DNA of 63,377 nt, filler included, from Octopus bimaculoides (Eukaryota), in assembly GCF_001194135.2 (NCBI RefSeq). It is 6 parts of 5 records of this genome, joined end to end, with 100 filler letters (N's around TTAATTAATTAA, not from the genome) between each part and the next. Parts side by side here need not be neighbours in the genome. Positions count along the whole stretch, not along the records: positions 9,289 to 22,114 come from NC_069005.1; positions 22,215 to 43,508 come from NC_068994.1; 4 more parts are not named here. One strand, given 5' to 3'. Shown here piece after piece: positions 13,306 through 25,252 of this stretch. Both the position numbers and the translations under genes were made by a program. Under the pieces are notes generated by a model that saw only the letters and a program-made list of their open reading frames with translations, ran no database searches and was not told where the DNA came from. How positions within the stretch are numbered: position 1 is the stretch's first letter; each line of letters begins with the position of its first letter.

Positions 13306-13591
13306 GTGAGACAGATATCAAGGTATTTTAGGGGATTTGTTTTATATTTTGTATACTGTTTGTGTTTGTTTATTTGCATTGCTATGGTTGTGAAGCACAT
13401 TTCATTCGATGTGATCACAGCGAATCACCGTCAAGTATCGTGGATGTAAGAGTAATAGTGAGAGAGACACTATTACTGCTAAGCATTTCGCCCTGTATGC
13501 TAATGTTTCTGCCAGCTCGCCGCCTTAAGAGAGCATTCCACTCTATGGAGCCCAACCCAGAACTATGTAGAAAGGAGCTTCCAAATTTGCC

Positions 13592-13988
13592 TTCATAATA
13601 TTTTTTATCTTTCACCTGTTTCAGTCATCAGACCGTATCCATGCTGGGCCACCTTGAAGAAGTTTAGTCAAACAAATCAACCCCAGTACTTATTTTTTTC
13701 GTTAAGCCCGGTACTTATTCTATCAGTCACTTTTGCCAAACTGCTAAGTTATGGGGATGTAAACATACGAATACTGGTTGTCAAGTGGTGGTGGGGGACA
13801 AGCACACACACACACACACACATTTATATACATAACAGGCTTTTTTCAGTTTCTGTCTACCAAATCCACTCACAAGGCTTTGGTTGGTCCAAAGCTATAG
13901 TAGAAGACACTTGGGCAATGTGCTGTGCAGTTGGACTGAACCCAGAGCCATGTGTTTGAGAAGCAAACTTCTTACCACACAGCCATGC
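13592..13988 (-). mobile_element. SINE family B (tRNA head, CORE-like segment, internal (TA/TG)n) in neuferricin intron 1
   Basis: Same family at 29690-30030(+), 30780-31100(+), 31222-31410(-), 37535-37910(+), 45830-46680(-, interrupted), 54283-54715(-), 58705-59135(+). The motif CACCTTGGGCAAGTG resembles the CORE domain. Confidence 0.85.
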
Positions 13989-14421
13989 ACCAAACTTCTC
14001 ATGAGGCCTCAAGATACTTCCTGATGTAAGCACAAGACCAAAGAAGAAATTTATGAACTCATTTTCTGATTTCTGCTATTATCACTCAATGCAGGGTAAG
14101 CTTTTATTGGCCACTGTTATTGTAATGAATTCCAAGCCATATCAGATGCTATATTTTGGGGACACAACATGAAATTGAGGTCCTAGCACTGTGGTGAAAC
14201 ACATCTCTTGATTATGAGTTCAAATCCACTTCCAGTCCATAGTCTACTGCACATCTTGCCAACCTTGGATAATTTCTGTAGCGTGCGCGTGCACACACAC
14301 ACACACACACACACACACGATAATGCAAACGGAAAATAGAACTCAAAATATGAGTATATATATTTGTTAAAATGAAATTAATTCAGTTTAATACCATTTG
14401 AACATTTGGATATCATTTCAG

Positions 14422-14562
14422 GTCGAGATGCTTCTGGTGCTTTTGTGACTGGAGATTTCACAGAGAAGGGCTTGACTGATGACATTGAGGGCTTTACAGG
14501 AAACCAGTTAATAGGTATTGGAGAATGGGTTGACTTTTATAAAGAAAACTACAAACATATCG
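14422..14562 (+). CDS. CYB5D2: Neuferricin exon 2 (141 nt, phase 1-1)
   Basis: Acceptor tcatttcag|, GRDASGAFVTGDFTEKGLTDDIEG...EWVDFYKENYKHIG, donor G|GTAAGT at 14563. Continues the exon 1 frame. Confidence 0.95.
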
Positions 14563-14577
14563 GTAAGTACCAGGCAT

Positions 14578-15091
14578 ACAAGGCACATTCCAAAATTTTT
14601 CAGACTTTTTCAAGAGAGATATTTTATAATTTTAAAGAAGTACAAAACCCTAATTTCCTTCCAAGGAGGACCTTCTGACTTCTATGCACTTACTGTAGTG
14701 CTCCAGCCACATTGTGAAGGCCCCATGGAAGTCCTCTAAAGTGAAGGTGTCCAGGACGCTTGTTACAGCCTCCTTCATTTTCAAAATGAAGGCAAAGTTG
14801 AGGTTCTCCTTCAGCTTGGGGAACAACCAAAAGTCACAGGGAGAAAGGTCTGGACTGTAGGGTGGGTGTGGTACAGTTTTGACGCCCATCTCTGTCAAGT
14901 TATTGATACCAGTATGGTATTGAGGTGCACTGTCCTGGAGCAGATGCCACAGACCTGAGTAAAAGAGCTCTGGCTCTTGTGATGAAACTTCTTCCTGAAC
15001 TCTCCCAAAGTACTCTTTGTTAACTGTTTGGTCAGAAGAAACCCAGTGGATGTAGATGATGCCCTTGTTGTTGAAAAAGGGAATTCATTTT
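14578..15091 (-). mobile_element. 5'-truncated mariner remnant
   Basis: HPPYSPDLSPCDFWLFPKLK motif. TIR-like TACAAGGCACATTCCAAAATTTTTCAGACT at 14578. Confidence 0.88.
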
Positions 15092-15580
15092 AATGGCATT
15101 AAACTGAATTAATTTGTTCAGTTTAACAAATATAGATACACATTTTGAGTTCTATTTTTCCAGTTTGCATCACCATATGTGTGCGTGCATGTATGTGCGT
15201 GTGTGTGCATGAGTGCTACAGAAATTATCCAAGGTTGGCAAGATGTGCAGTAGACTATGGACTGGGAGTGAATTTGAACTCACAATCAAGAGATGTGTTT
15301 CACCACTGTGCTAGGACCTCAATCTTTTGGTAGACTTTCTTTGCCTAGCTTCTTGAGTCAGCAAAAAACAGATACTTGGCTCAGACTGCTTAATCCGTAA
15401 GCTGTCTGGAGTAATTCATAAGTCTTACCCAGTTTAACTCAAACCTTTATTGCATAGTGAGCTTTCAAATTGTCTTCATATCTGTTTCCTTCAAGCTAGA
15501 ATAAAATGTTGGCAGGTGAGCTTATTAGATGTATAGTAATGAGACACTAGAATCACAATGATGTAGGACGTGTATGTATG

Positions 15581-15611
<31 letters not shown>

Positions 15612-16399
15612 NNNNNNNNNNNNNNNNNNNNNNNNNNNNNNNNNNNNNNNNNNNNNNNNNNNNNNNNNNNNNNNNNNNNNNNNNNNNNNNNNNNNNNNNN
15701 NNNNNNNNNNNNNNNNNNNNNNNNNNNNNNNNNNNNNNNNNNNNNNNNNNNNNNNNNNNNNNNNNNNNNNNNNNNNNNNNNNNNNNNNNNNNNNNNNNNN
15801 NNNNNNNNNNNNNNNNNNNNNNNNNNNNNNNNNNNNNNNNNNNNNNNNNNNNNNNNNNNNNNNNNNNNNNNNNNNNNNNNNNNNNNNNNNNNNNNNNNNN
15901 NNNNNNNNNNNNNNNNNNNNNNNNNNNNNNNNNNNNNNNNNNNNNNNNNNNNNNNNNNNNNNNNNNNNNNNNNNNNNNNNNNNNNNNNNNNNNNNNNNNN
16001 NNNNNNNNNNNNNNNNNNNNNNNNNNNNNNNNNNNNNNNNNNNNNNNNNNNNNNNNNNNNNNNNNNNNNNNNNNNNNNNNNNNNNNNNNNNNNNNNNNNN
16101 NNNNNNNNNNNNNNNNNNNNNNNNNNNNNNNNNNNNNNNNNNNNNNNNNNNNNNNNNNNNNNNNNNNNNNNNNNNNNNNNNNNNNNNNNNNNNNNNNNNN
16201 NNNNNNNNNNNNNNNNNNNNNNNNNNNNNNNNNNNNNNNNNNNNNNNNNNNNNNNNNNNNNNNNNNNNNNNNNNNNNNNNNNNNNNNNNNNNNNNNNNNN
16301 NNNNNNNNNNNNNNNNNNNNNNNNNNNNNNNNNNNNNNNNNNNNNNNNNNNNNNNNNNNNNNNNNNNNNNNNNNNNNNNNNNNNNNNNNNNNNNNNNGG

Positions 16400-16772
16400 T
16401 AAAAACTTGTTTCAGAATTATATTTGACAAGTCCGAAAGACGAACGAACGTGACATGTGTAAGGATTTTCGACCGAGATCGTTGCCAGTGCCCCTGGAAT
16501 GGCTCTTGTGTGGGTGGCACATAAAATACACCATTTTGAGCGTGGCCGTTGCCAGTACCGCCTGACCAGCCTTCATACTGGTGGCAAATAAAAGCACCCA
16601 CTACACACTCTGAGTGGTTGGCGTTAGGAAGGGCATGCAGCTGTAGAAACTCTGCTAAATCAGATTGGAGCCTGGTGTAGCCATCTGGTTTCACCAGTCC
16701 TCAGTCAAATCATCCAACCCATGCTAGCATGGAAAGCGGACGTTAAATGATGATGATGATGATGATGATGAT
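16400..16772 (+). mobile_element. SINE-like family C with (TGA)n tail
   Basis: TTAGGAAGGGCAT..AGCTGTAG core, 3' CCCATGCTAGCATGGAAAG..GTTAAATGATGATG. Antisense copies at 20333-20530 and 20836-21002, fragment at 48520-48620. Confidence 0.8.
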
Positions 16773-17018
16773 CCCAATTGAAGGTTGCAGGCTGATGTTT
16801 GTTAATTAATTATCTTCTCTATTTTCTTCTTTGCCTTATAAATTCTGGGTAAATTTCTATTTACCCCCATTCATACCTATTATTCAATTGCGCTATTGCT
16901 TTGCAACAGTAAGCATTTGGATATAAATACATAGGTATACTTCCAGTAGTATATTGGATATTTATTATCCCTTAGATGGTTGTTTAATCTCCAAACATTC
17001 TAATATGATGAAATGATA

Positions 17019-17188
17019 GAACATTAAATGTCCATTCTGATTGAACTAGTACTTTCATGCATTAAACTATGCAATCTTCAGGTTCATGTAGTAGTGGTGA
17101 CAGTTATGCTTTACAATTTACAACTGTCAGTTGTAAATTTACATCTGTCAGAAAGTACTAGTTCAATCAGGATGGACATTTAATATTC
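17019..17188. repeat. 38-bp inverted repeat with an internal 25-bp palindrome
   Basis: Arms 17019-17056 and 17151-17188 (36/38). AATTTACAACTG-T-CAGTTGTAAATT at 17115-17139. Confidence 0.9.
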
Positions 17189-17192
17189 ATTT

Positions 17193-17342
17193 ATGGCAGG
17201 TGCTAGCGTAACGAAAACAGCCAAAATGTTTGGTGTATCAAGAAGTACTGTCTCAAAAGTAATGACAACCTTTGAGAAAGAGGGAAAAACTTCCTCGTCA
17301 AAACGAAACTCTGGAAGAAAACCAAAACTTTCAGATAGGGAC
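17193..17342 (+). pseudogene. Tc1-like transposase N-terminal HTH fragment
   Basis: MAGASVTKTAKMFGVSRSTVSKVMTTFEKEGKTSSSKRNSGRKPKLSDRD (HTH + GRKPK linker), cut off by a family D repeat. Confidence 0.85.
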
Positions 17343-17349
17343 AGTTAGA

Positions 17350-17705
17350 ATTTTCTTCAGGTTGAGTAGCCAATCCTGCTCAAAAGGTCCCTGAATAAGG
17401 GTTGTTTAAGGATGTTGAACAAAACACCCATGTTTCCAGAGGTGAATTATCCAAATCCCAAAGAATTCCTCTCAACACATGGTTATGATGCTCCCCCACT
17501 ACTTCTGCTCATGATCAGAGATGCACATATCGTCAGCCACCAAGGGATATGCTCAACTGATTAAGGTCAAACAACTGACAAGCAAATCTGTGGTACTGAG
17601 CAGAATATTTGCTGTAACCCATTTTTTATACGAAGACAAAACAATGTACATGATAACACTTCCAATCAGTTAAGATCAGAAGCCATGAGAGCCACTGCCT
17701 GGTAC
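17350..17705 (-). mobile_element. Interspersed repeat family D
   Basis: Reverse complement matches 39150-39590 (+, (AAT)n tail) and 19051-19150 (+). Confidence 0.85.
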
Positions 17706-17963
17706 TTCATCAGAGCATTTATTATTATTTATTATTATTATTATTATTATTTTATGTTTGACTTTTGTTTTGCATTTGTACAAGTTGGATCCAAGTCTCA
17801 CCCAGAGACCTCAAGAGACAACAAGTTAGAAGTTCATGTAGGTGTTACGCCTAGGGTACCATATATTTGGATTTGTACAGTTTTGTTCAAGTGAATGTTT
17901 AAGAAACCATAAGAAAATTATGTGTTTGCTTTAAAATTTGAGATCACATAGACAGTATTTTAC

Positions 17964-17997
<34 letters not shown>

Positions 17998-18010
17998 GTT
18001 TTACTTCTAG

Positions 18011-18194
18011 GCTACGTTTCTGGTAAGTTCTATACCAATGATGGTAAGCCTACAAAAGTCTTGGAAAGAATCAATGCAAAGGTTGCAAAATTTAACAAAC
18101 AGCAAGAAATGGATAAATTAAGAGCCAGCAGACCACCTTGCAACATAGAAACAGACCATAAAACAGGCACCAAAGTGTGGTGCACACAAAAGAG
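18011..18194 (+). CDS. CYB5D2: Neuferricin exon 3 (184 nt, phase 1-2)
   Basis: Acceptor ttacttctag|, GYVSGKFYTNDGKPT...RPPCNIETDHKTGTKVWCTQK, donor AG|GTATGT. PPCN...WC is typical of neuferricin. Confidence 0.93.
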
Positions 18195-19790
18195 GTATGT
18201 GGTTATAATTTGGGCTGTCTATTCAAATAGTGTTAAGTTTAACTTCACCTTTTTTCCTTTTAGGGCCCATAATAATTAAGTACCAGTGGGATACAAGGGA
18301 TACACATAACCTGTTATAACTATACCCTGCCAAATTTTTAATCTTGTTTCTATACCACAAAAATAATTATTTTAAGGTAATTTTCCCTGCTAAAGTAGTT
18401 GTTAGCCTGATGGACTCCCATTTTGCACTATCCCCAACATTCTTTCTCATCAACCTTCTTACTCTTATTTGCTCCCCATCATCTTTAATCATGTCTCTCT
18501 TGGTTTTCCCATTTCTCTTCTTTCACAGTCATTCCCATCTTTCTTCTCAGTTGCTTACTATCTTCCTTCCTCATCACAGGACTCATCCATTTCATCCCAT
18601 TTCTCTTTACAGCATGCCCCCACTGGTTCAATTTCTATCATTCTCTGAAATTCTTTGCTTCTCTTTCTCTCTCTCCCCTACATTATATAGGGGAGGGTGG
18701 AAATACTCTTGTCCACATTCATAGGTTTTTTTTTTTATCTTTCTCTACTGCTCTTCATTCATGACCTATGTCTTGCATCCAGAAATCCAAGCAATTTTTA
18801 TTGTTTGGAAGTAGCTTTAGAGCAACCAAGAACGAACCACCTGGCATAATTGTCTTGGCTCTTTACATTCTGAGTTAAAATTCTGTCTAGGCCCACTTGC
18901 TTGTCATCCTTCTAAGGTCAATGAAATAAACTACCAGTTTATCTAAAGTACACTGGGGAGTTGATTTAATGAAGTAACTTCTCTCAAATTTATGACCTTG
19001 TGCCTAAATTGGAAATCATGCTGTGTAGCAAAATTTTAACTTTAAACCACCTGAGCATGTCCCTTAGTGGTTGACAATTTGTGCATCTCTGATGATGAGC
19101 AGGAGTAGTGGGGGAGCATGTAAGCCATGTGTTGAGAGGGATTCTTTGGATTATGAATAAATGTAAGAAAAGCAAATTTTGAAAGAAATGTTAGCCGTTT
19201 TTTAATACTTTCTGGGGGTAAGCAAATAAGAAATAACAGCTGCTAACCCAAGGACAAAAATCATGTTACACAGTGTTATTGGTTTCAAATTTTGGCTCGT
19301 AGTCAGTAATTTCAAAGAAGAAGGTAAGTTGATTACATTGACTGCAATGCTCAACTGGTACTTATTGTATTGACCTTAAAAGGATGAAAGGCAAAGTTGA
19401 CCTCAGCAACATTTGAACTCAGAGCCATGTGGTTGAGAAGCAAGCTTTTTACCACACAACCACATTTTCTCCTAAAAGCAGCATTATTAGTTAAATGAAG
19501 TCCTCAAAAGATGCTTAACCAGCCTCCTAGTACTATATTCTCAATATACAAAGCTACTGTTTGGCTCACCATTTGGTGCTCCAGAGACTTCTTTTTCCTT
19601 CTGTCACTACTCCTTCAATATGATCTTAGAAGTCTGTATATGTTTGTGTGTGTATTTTTTGAGTTTGTATGTTTCAATGCATGTATTTATCAGTCATTTT
19701 GTTTATGTTGAACTATGCAATGTTTTAAAAAGCAAACAAAATCACAACTTAGCCTTAACTAACTATTCTTCTATATAACACAACCCTACT

Positions 19791-20018
19791 TTAACTCTTT
19801 AGCATTCAAGCTAGCCATGTCAGCCCCAAATATTCTACATGTTTTATGTTTAAACTGGCCAGATTTGGCCTCTTACACCTACCCTACAATATCATTCTAA
19901 AAACAAACAATCACATCATTGAAATCTCAGAGCTACAAGATAATCCATGATTTATACAAAGCAGTGTGAATAAATAAGCATTATATTTGACAGTATAATG
20001 TAAATGTTAAAGGGTTAA
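19791..20018. mobile_element. piggyBac-like MITE
   Basis: TTAA at both ends. TIRs CTCTTTAGCATT / AATGTTAAAGGG. Confidence 0.7.
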
Positions 20019-20267
20019 ATTATTTGACAGTCAGAGCTTCAAATTAGTCAATAATTTTCTTCACTTATTGATCACTTATTTATGTTAAATGAAACTGTTG
20101 GTGCATATGTATGTTTGTTGATGTGTCTGTACAGTTGGATTTTTTATGTATTGTTGCACTTGTACACATTTTACTGTGTTTGTTGCATATAAACTCTCAT
20201 GTATAAATACACTGTAATCCCATACGAGCATATGATCGATTATTTATTGTAAGAAAGATTAAGGCAA

Positions 20268-21335
20268 CAAGCTGGCAGAACTGTCAGCAGGCTGGACAAA
20301 ATGTTTAGTGGTATTTCTTCCAGTTTTACATTCATCATCATCATCATCATTTAACATCCATTTTCCATGCTGGCATGGGTTGCATGGTTTGACAGGAGCT
20401 GGCAGGCCAGAAGACCACACTAGGCTTCACTGTCTGTTTGGCATGGTTTTTATGGCTGGATGCCCTTCCTAACACCAACCACCTTATAGAGTGGACTGAG
20501 TGCTTTTTACATGGTATCAGCACCAGCAAGGTCTGTTTTGGGCATGGTTCTGAGTTCAAATTCCATCAAGGTTGGCTTTGCCTTTCATCCTTTTGGGGGT
20601 CAATAAAGTAGGTACTAGTTGAGAACTGGGATCAATGTAATCAACTTACTCCTCCCCCAAAATTTTAAACCTTGAAAAATTAAAACAGAGGAATGACAGA
20701 ATCATTGAGTCATTGATAAATGGCTTATTGTATTTAGTTGTGGTTCTTTATGCTTTGAGTTCAAATCCCACTGATGCTGAGTTAGCCTTTCCCCACACCT
20801 AGGATTGATAAATAAAATACCAGTGAAATCAATCCCATCATCAATATTTAACATCTATTTTCCGTGCTGGCATGGGTCGGATGGTTTGACAGGAACTGGC
20901 AAGGCCAGGGACCACACCATTTCCATCGTCTGATTTGGTTTGGTTTCTACAGCTGAATGTTCTTCCTAGTACCAACCACTTCACAGTGTACTGGGTGCAC
21001 TGAGCTGGCAGAATTGTTAGCATTTGTCTTTATGTTCTGAGTTCAAATTCCACTGAGGTCAACTTTGCTTTTCATTCTTTCAGGGTCGATAAATTAAGTA
21101 CCAGTGAAACACTGGGTTCAATGTAATCAACTGGTCCCTTTCCCCAGAATTTCAGGCCTTGTGCCATTAGTAGAAAGGATCATTATTATTATTGTTGTTA
21201 TTAAAACACTGGGTTGGTAGAATTGTTAGTTTAAATCTGCCAAGGGCAACTTTACTTTTATCCTTTCAAGGTAGATAAAATAAAATACCAGTCAAGTACC
21301 AGCTAAAATTGCTGGCCTTGTGCCAAAATTTGAAA
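20268..21335 (+). mobile_element. Nest of family A SINEs interrupted by antisense family C copies
   Basis: A family A copy is split between TTTACATT and TTCTGAGTTC by family C (20333-20530). Further A copies at 21003-21175 and 21190-21335. Confidence 0.75.
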
Positions 21336-21406
21336 CAGTTGTTGTTGCTGCTGCTGTTGTTGTTGTTATTGTTATTGCTGTTATTATTTGTTTGTTTATT
21401 TGGCAG

Positions 21407-21611
21407 TGGTGGTGTGCTGCGGAATTGGGTTGGTGTGCCACGTCTGATGTACAGACCAGGGGACAGCACGCTGTCATGTGTGTGTGTACAGCTGTCATCC
21501 TTGACTGAACATGAAAAACGCTCATCTGCAATTCGAAGCTACCCAGGGTGTGAACCAACATCCACGTCTTGTAAAGTCCCCAACAACTTCAACATGGACA
21601 CCCTTTTATAG
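21407..21611 (+). CDS. CYB5D2: Neuferricin exon 4 (terminal)
   Basis: Acceptor tttggcag|, SGGVLRNWVGVPRLMYRPG...CVCV...YPGCEPTSTSC, stop TAG. Joined CDS 415+141+184+205=945 nt = 314 aa + stop. Confidence 0.94.
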
Positions 21612-22026
21612 GCCAGCTAACTCTGATGGTAGGTGGTTAGTGGCAGTGCAGAGATAGGAGAAGTGCTATGGAGACTGGAGTAAAGTCAAATGGATTAACA
21701 AAGTGATAAAAGAAGGAAATGAAGCTGATCTCTGGCCATATGATCAAAGACATTCCAGCCATGACCATCTCATATTTTATTCAAACATGGTATATCAAGG
21801 TGCTGATGGTTAAAGCTGATCACCCAGCTCTGTCCAGTAATGTATTTATGTAAACAGAATTCTATCTCTTTATCTTTCTGTTTATATCTACATTTATATA
21901 TCTCCCAAACTACATCTTTCTGTGAATCTATCTTTTATTTATTTGTTTATTTCTATTTATACTTAACTATTTATATTACTATATATATATATCTATTATC
22001 TCTCCCTCCAACCATCTCTCTTTCTC

Positions 22027-22114
<88 letters not shown>

Positions 22115-23847
22115 NNNNNNNNNNNNNNNNNNNNNNNNNNNNNNNNNNNNNNNNNNNNTTAATTAATTAANNNNNNNNNNNNNNNNNNNNNNNNNNNNNN
22201 NNNNNNNNNNNNNNATATATATTATTTATATAGATAGGGTGATAAATTGAATATTAATTCAATTTAAAACCAAATGGCCTAGCATATAAAAAAAATCTGA
22301 AAATTCAGAAAAAATTGTACTACACGTGTATAAGGTATGACCACTAGGTGGACATCCAATATGCTAGAAAGAGGTCATCAACGACCCAACCACAAAGAAA
22401 AATAATTATCAAAAATAGTATAAAATAATGGAGAGCAAACTGGAACGGAAGTAATATGCTCATGATTACAGAAAAATAAATGAGTGCTACAAAAATGCGT
22501 AGACGGTAGCCCCGAGACATCTAACGACTAATGTACACAACTTATTGCTTGCGGTTGCGAAACATCATATTTGTAATGAATGTATCTAGCAGAAAATTTG
22601 TTAATTGTGTCACAACGTTGGTGTCATATGGTTATAGATTTACTTGTTAAAGCGAATATTTGATTTGAACTATTGCCGTTTAAAATACGAAATTTTCGTT
22701 CTTGAGCTATGCTAGTATTGGAATAAAATATTCAGTCTAAACCCTAAATACTAAAAGTACGGAGACATATTGATTATAGTGCAAAATATAAAGTCATAAA
22801 ATAAAAGGACATTATTGATTTTTAGTAAGAAAACGTCGTGGTTACGATATATTCCAGAACGCACTGTCCTCGATTAATTATAGAGTATATAACTTTTACA
22901 TACATCTATGCATACACACATACATACATATATATGTATATATGTATATNNNNNNNNNNNNNNNNNNNNNNNNNNNNNNNNNNNNNNNNNNNNNNNNNNN
23001 NNNNNNNNNNNNNNNNNNNNNNNNNNNNNNNNNNNNNNNNNNNNNNNNNNNNNNNNNNNNNNNNNNNNNNNNNNNNNNNNNNNNNNNNNNNNNNNNNNNN
23101 NNNNNNNNNNNNNNNNNNNNNNNNNNNNNNNNNNNNNNNNNNNNNNNNNNNNNNNNNNNNNNNNNNNNNNNNNNNNNNNNNNNNNNNNNNNNNNNNNNNN
23201 NNNNNNNNNNNNNNNNNNNNNNNNNNNNNNNNNNNNNNNNNNNNNNNNNNNNNNNNNNNNNNNNNNNNNNNNNNNNNNNNNNNNNNNNNNNNNNNNNNNN
23301 NNNNNNNNNNNNNNNNNNNNNNNNNNNNNNNNNNNNNNNNNNNNNNNNNNNNNNNNNNNNNNNNNNNNNNNNNNNNNNNNNNNNNNNNNNNNNNNNNNNN
23401 NNNNNNNNNNNNNNNNNNNNNNNNNNNNNNNNNNNNNNNNNNNNNNNNNNNNNNNNNNNNNNNNNNNNNNNNNNNNNNNNNNNNNNNNNNNNNNNNNNNN
23501 NNNNNNNNNNNNNNNNNNNNNNNNNNNNNNNNNNNNNNNNNNNNNNNNNNNNNNNNNNNNNNNNNNNNNNNNNNNNNNNNNNNNNNNNNNNNNNNNNNNN
23601 NNNNNNNNNNNNNNNNNNNNNNNNNNNNNNNNNNNNNNNNNNNNNNNNNNNNNNNNNNNNNNNNNNNNNNNNNNNNNNNNNNNNNNNNNNNNNNNNNNNN
23701 NNNNNNNNNNNNNNNNNNNNNNNNNNNNNNNNNNNNNNNNNNNNNNNNNNNNNNNNNNNNNNNNNNNNNNNNNNNNNNNNNNNNNNNNNNNNNNNNNNNN
23801 NNNNNNNNNNNNNNNNNNNNNNNNNNNNNNNNNNNNNNNNNNNNNNN

Positions 23848-23887
<40 letters not shown>

Positions 23888-24930
23888 GCACATTTATATA
23901 TGCAGATGCGCAGGTATTTTTTTATATAAAACAAAATACATAAAACACCAAAATTACCATCAATATTATGTCATACTACAGATGTTTTATCACTAAATCG
24001 TGCATTAGAATACACACATAACTGTATACAGATAAACGTATACACTTGTAGAGTGTTGTCATACATATATATAGATACACTCAGAGAGAAAGGTTCAGAT
24101 ACATACATTGCTATTATTTACAGTTTTATCTACCTCGAGATTCACCGAATCACCATTTTTACATGTACTTTTTTCTCGTCCTCGAAGTTTATAAATCCTG
24201 ACGTCAGCAATATACATTAAGTTGCATGTGTGTATGTCTGTGTGTACGTATGTATGTATGCATGTGTGTATGTCTGTGTGTACGTATGTATGTATGCATG
24301 TGTGCATGTGTATACACACACACACATATATGTATGTATATATATATATGTATTGTGAGTGTATATCTATATCTATACATGTGTGTGTATGCATATAACA
24401 GACACACAGAGAGACTGACAGACAGTGTGAGATTTGAAATGCAATTTTATATTTACATTTTTAAAAACTAGTTTGAGAAAGCATGCTCCTTTTATATGTA
24501 AAAAAAAATCATTCTGCTAATTAACATAATTTCCTTAATTTAATTATTTTACTAATCAGTATCTTTTCCTAATGTCTGATGCAGTGCCTTGGGGCTATGC
24601 AATATTCGTAGGTTTTCTGTTTAGGGGTTTAAAAGAATAAATTGCATGCACGTATATTCACTCGCTCTTTGTGCGTTCGTTACACATGTTTGGAAGTACA
24701 CATGAACATAAATAGATCCATGTACATAATTTATAGACACAAGGACGCACATATATAAAGACGTATAAATATACCTTTCACTCAAAGACTCTTATATATT
24801 TAAAACACATACAAGCACGGGTTTGTACATCCACACACCCACCCAGCCAGCCATCCAGACATACATGCATACATACATACATACATACATACATACATAC
24901 ATACATAAGTCAATACATACACACATAGAA

Positions 24931-25252
24931 GGCGGCGAGATGGCAGAAAGGTCAGCACGCCGGGCGAAATGCTTAGCGGTATTTCGTCTGTCTTTACGTT
25001 CTGAGTTCAAACTCTGCCGAGGTAGACTTTGCCTTTCAGCCTTTCAGGGTCGATAAATTAAGTACCAGTTACGCACTGGGGTCGATGTAATCGACTTAAT
25101 CTCTTTGCCTGTCTTTGTTTGTCCCCTCTATGTTTAGCCCCTTGTGAGCAGTAAAGAAATAAGAAACGTTAGCACGCCGGACGAAATGCATAGCGGTATT
25201 CCGTCTGTCTTTACGTTCTGAGTTCAAATTCCGCCGAGGTCGACTTTGCCCT
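24931..25252 (+). mobile_element. SINE family A, tandem unit of 217 bp
   Basis: GGCGGCGAG(C/A)TGGCAGAA head, GAGTTCAAAT B-box-like motif, then a restart of the unit at 25162. Other A copies: 6642-6776(-), 12030-12170(-), 29312-29488(-), 42285-42452(-), 48643-48732(+). Confidence 0.85.

Larger units (their letters stand above)
14174..15323. repeat. Long inverted duplication, arms 14174-14398 and 15092-15323
   Basis: Outer 109 bp have 4 mismatches. The inner part also pairs, with small indels. Encloses neuferricin exon 2. Confidence 0.95.

Noticed and set aside
22838-23996. Long ORFs in the six-frame track (also at 15.5, 31-34, 44, 48, 53 and 57 kb)
   Set aside because: They consist of X from N runs plus YI/CV/HT dinucleotide-repeat translations.
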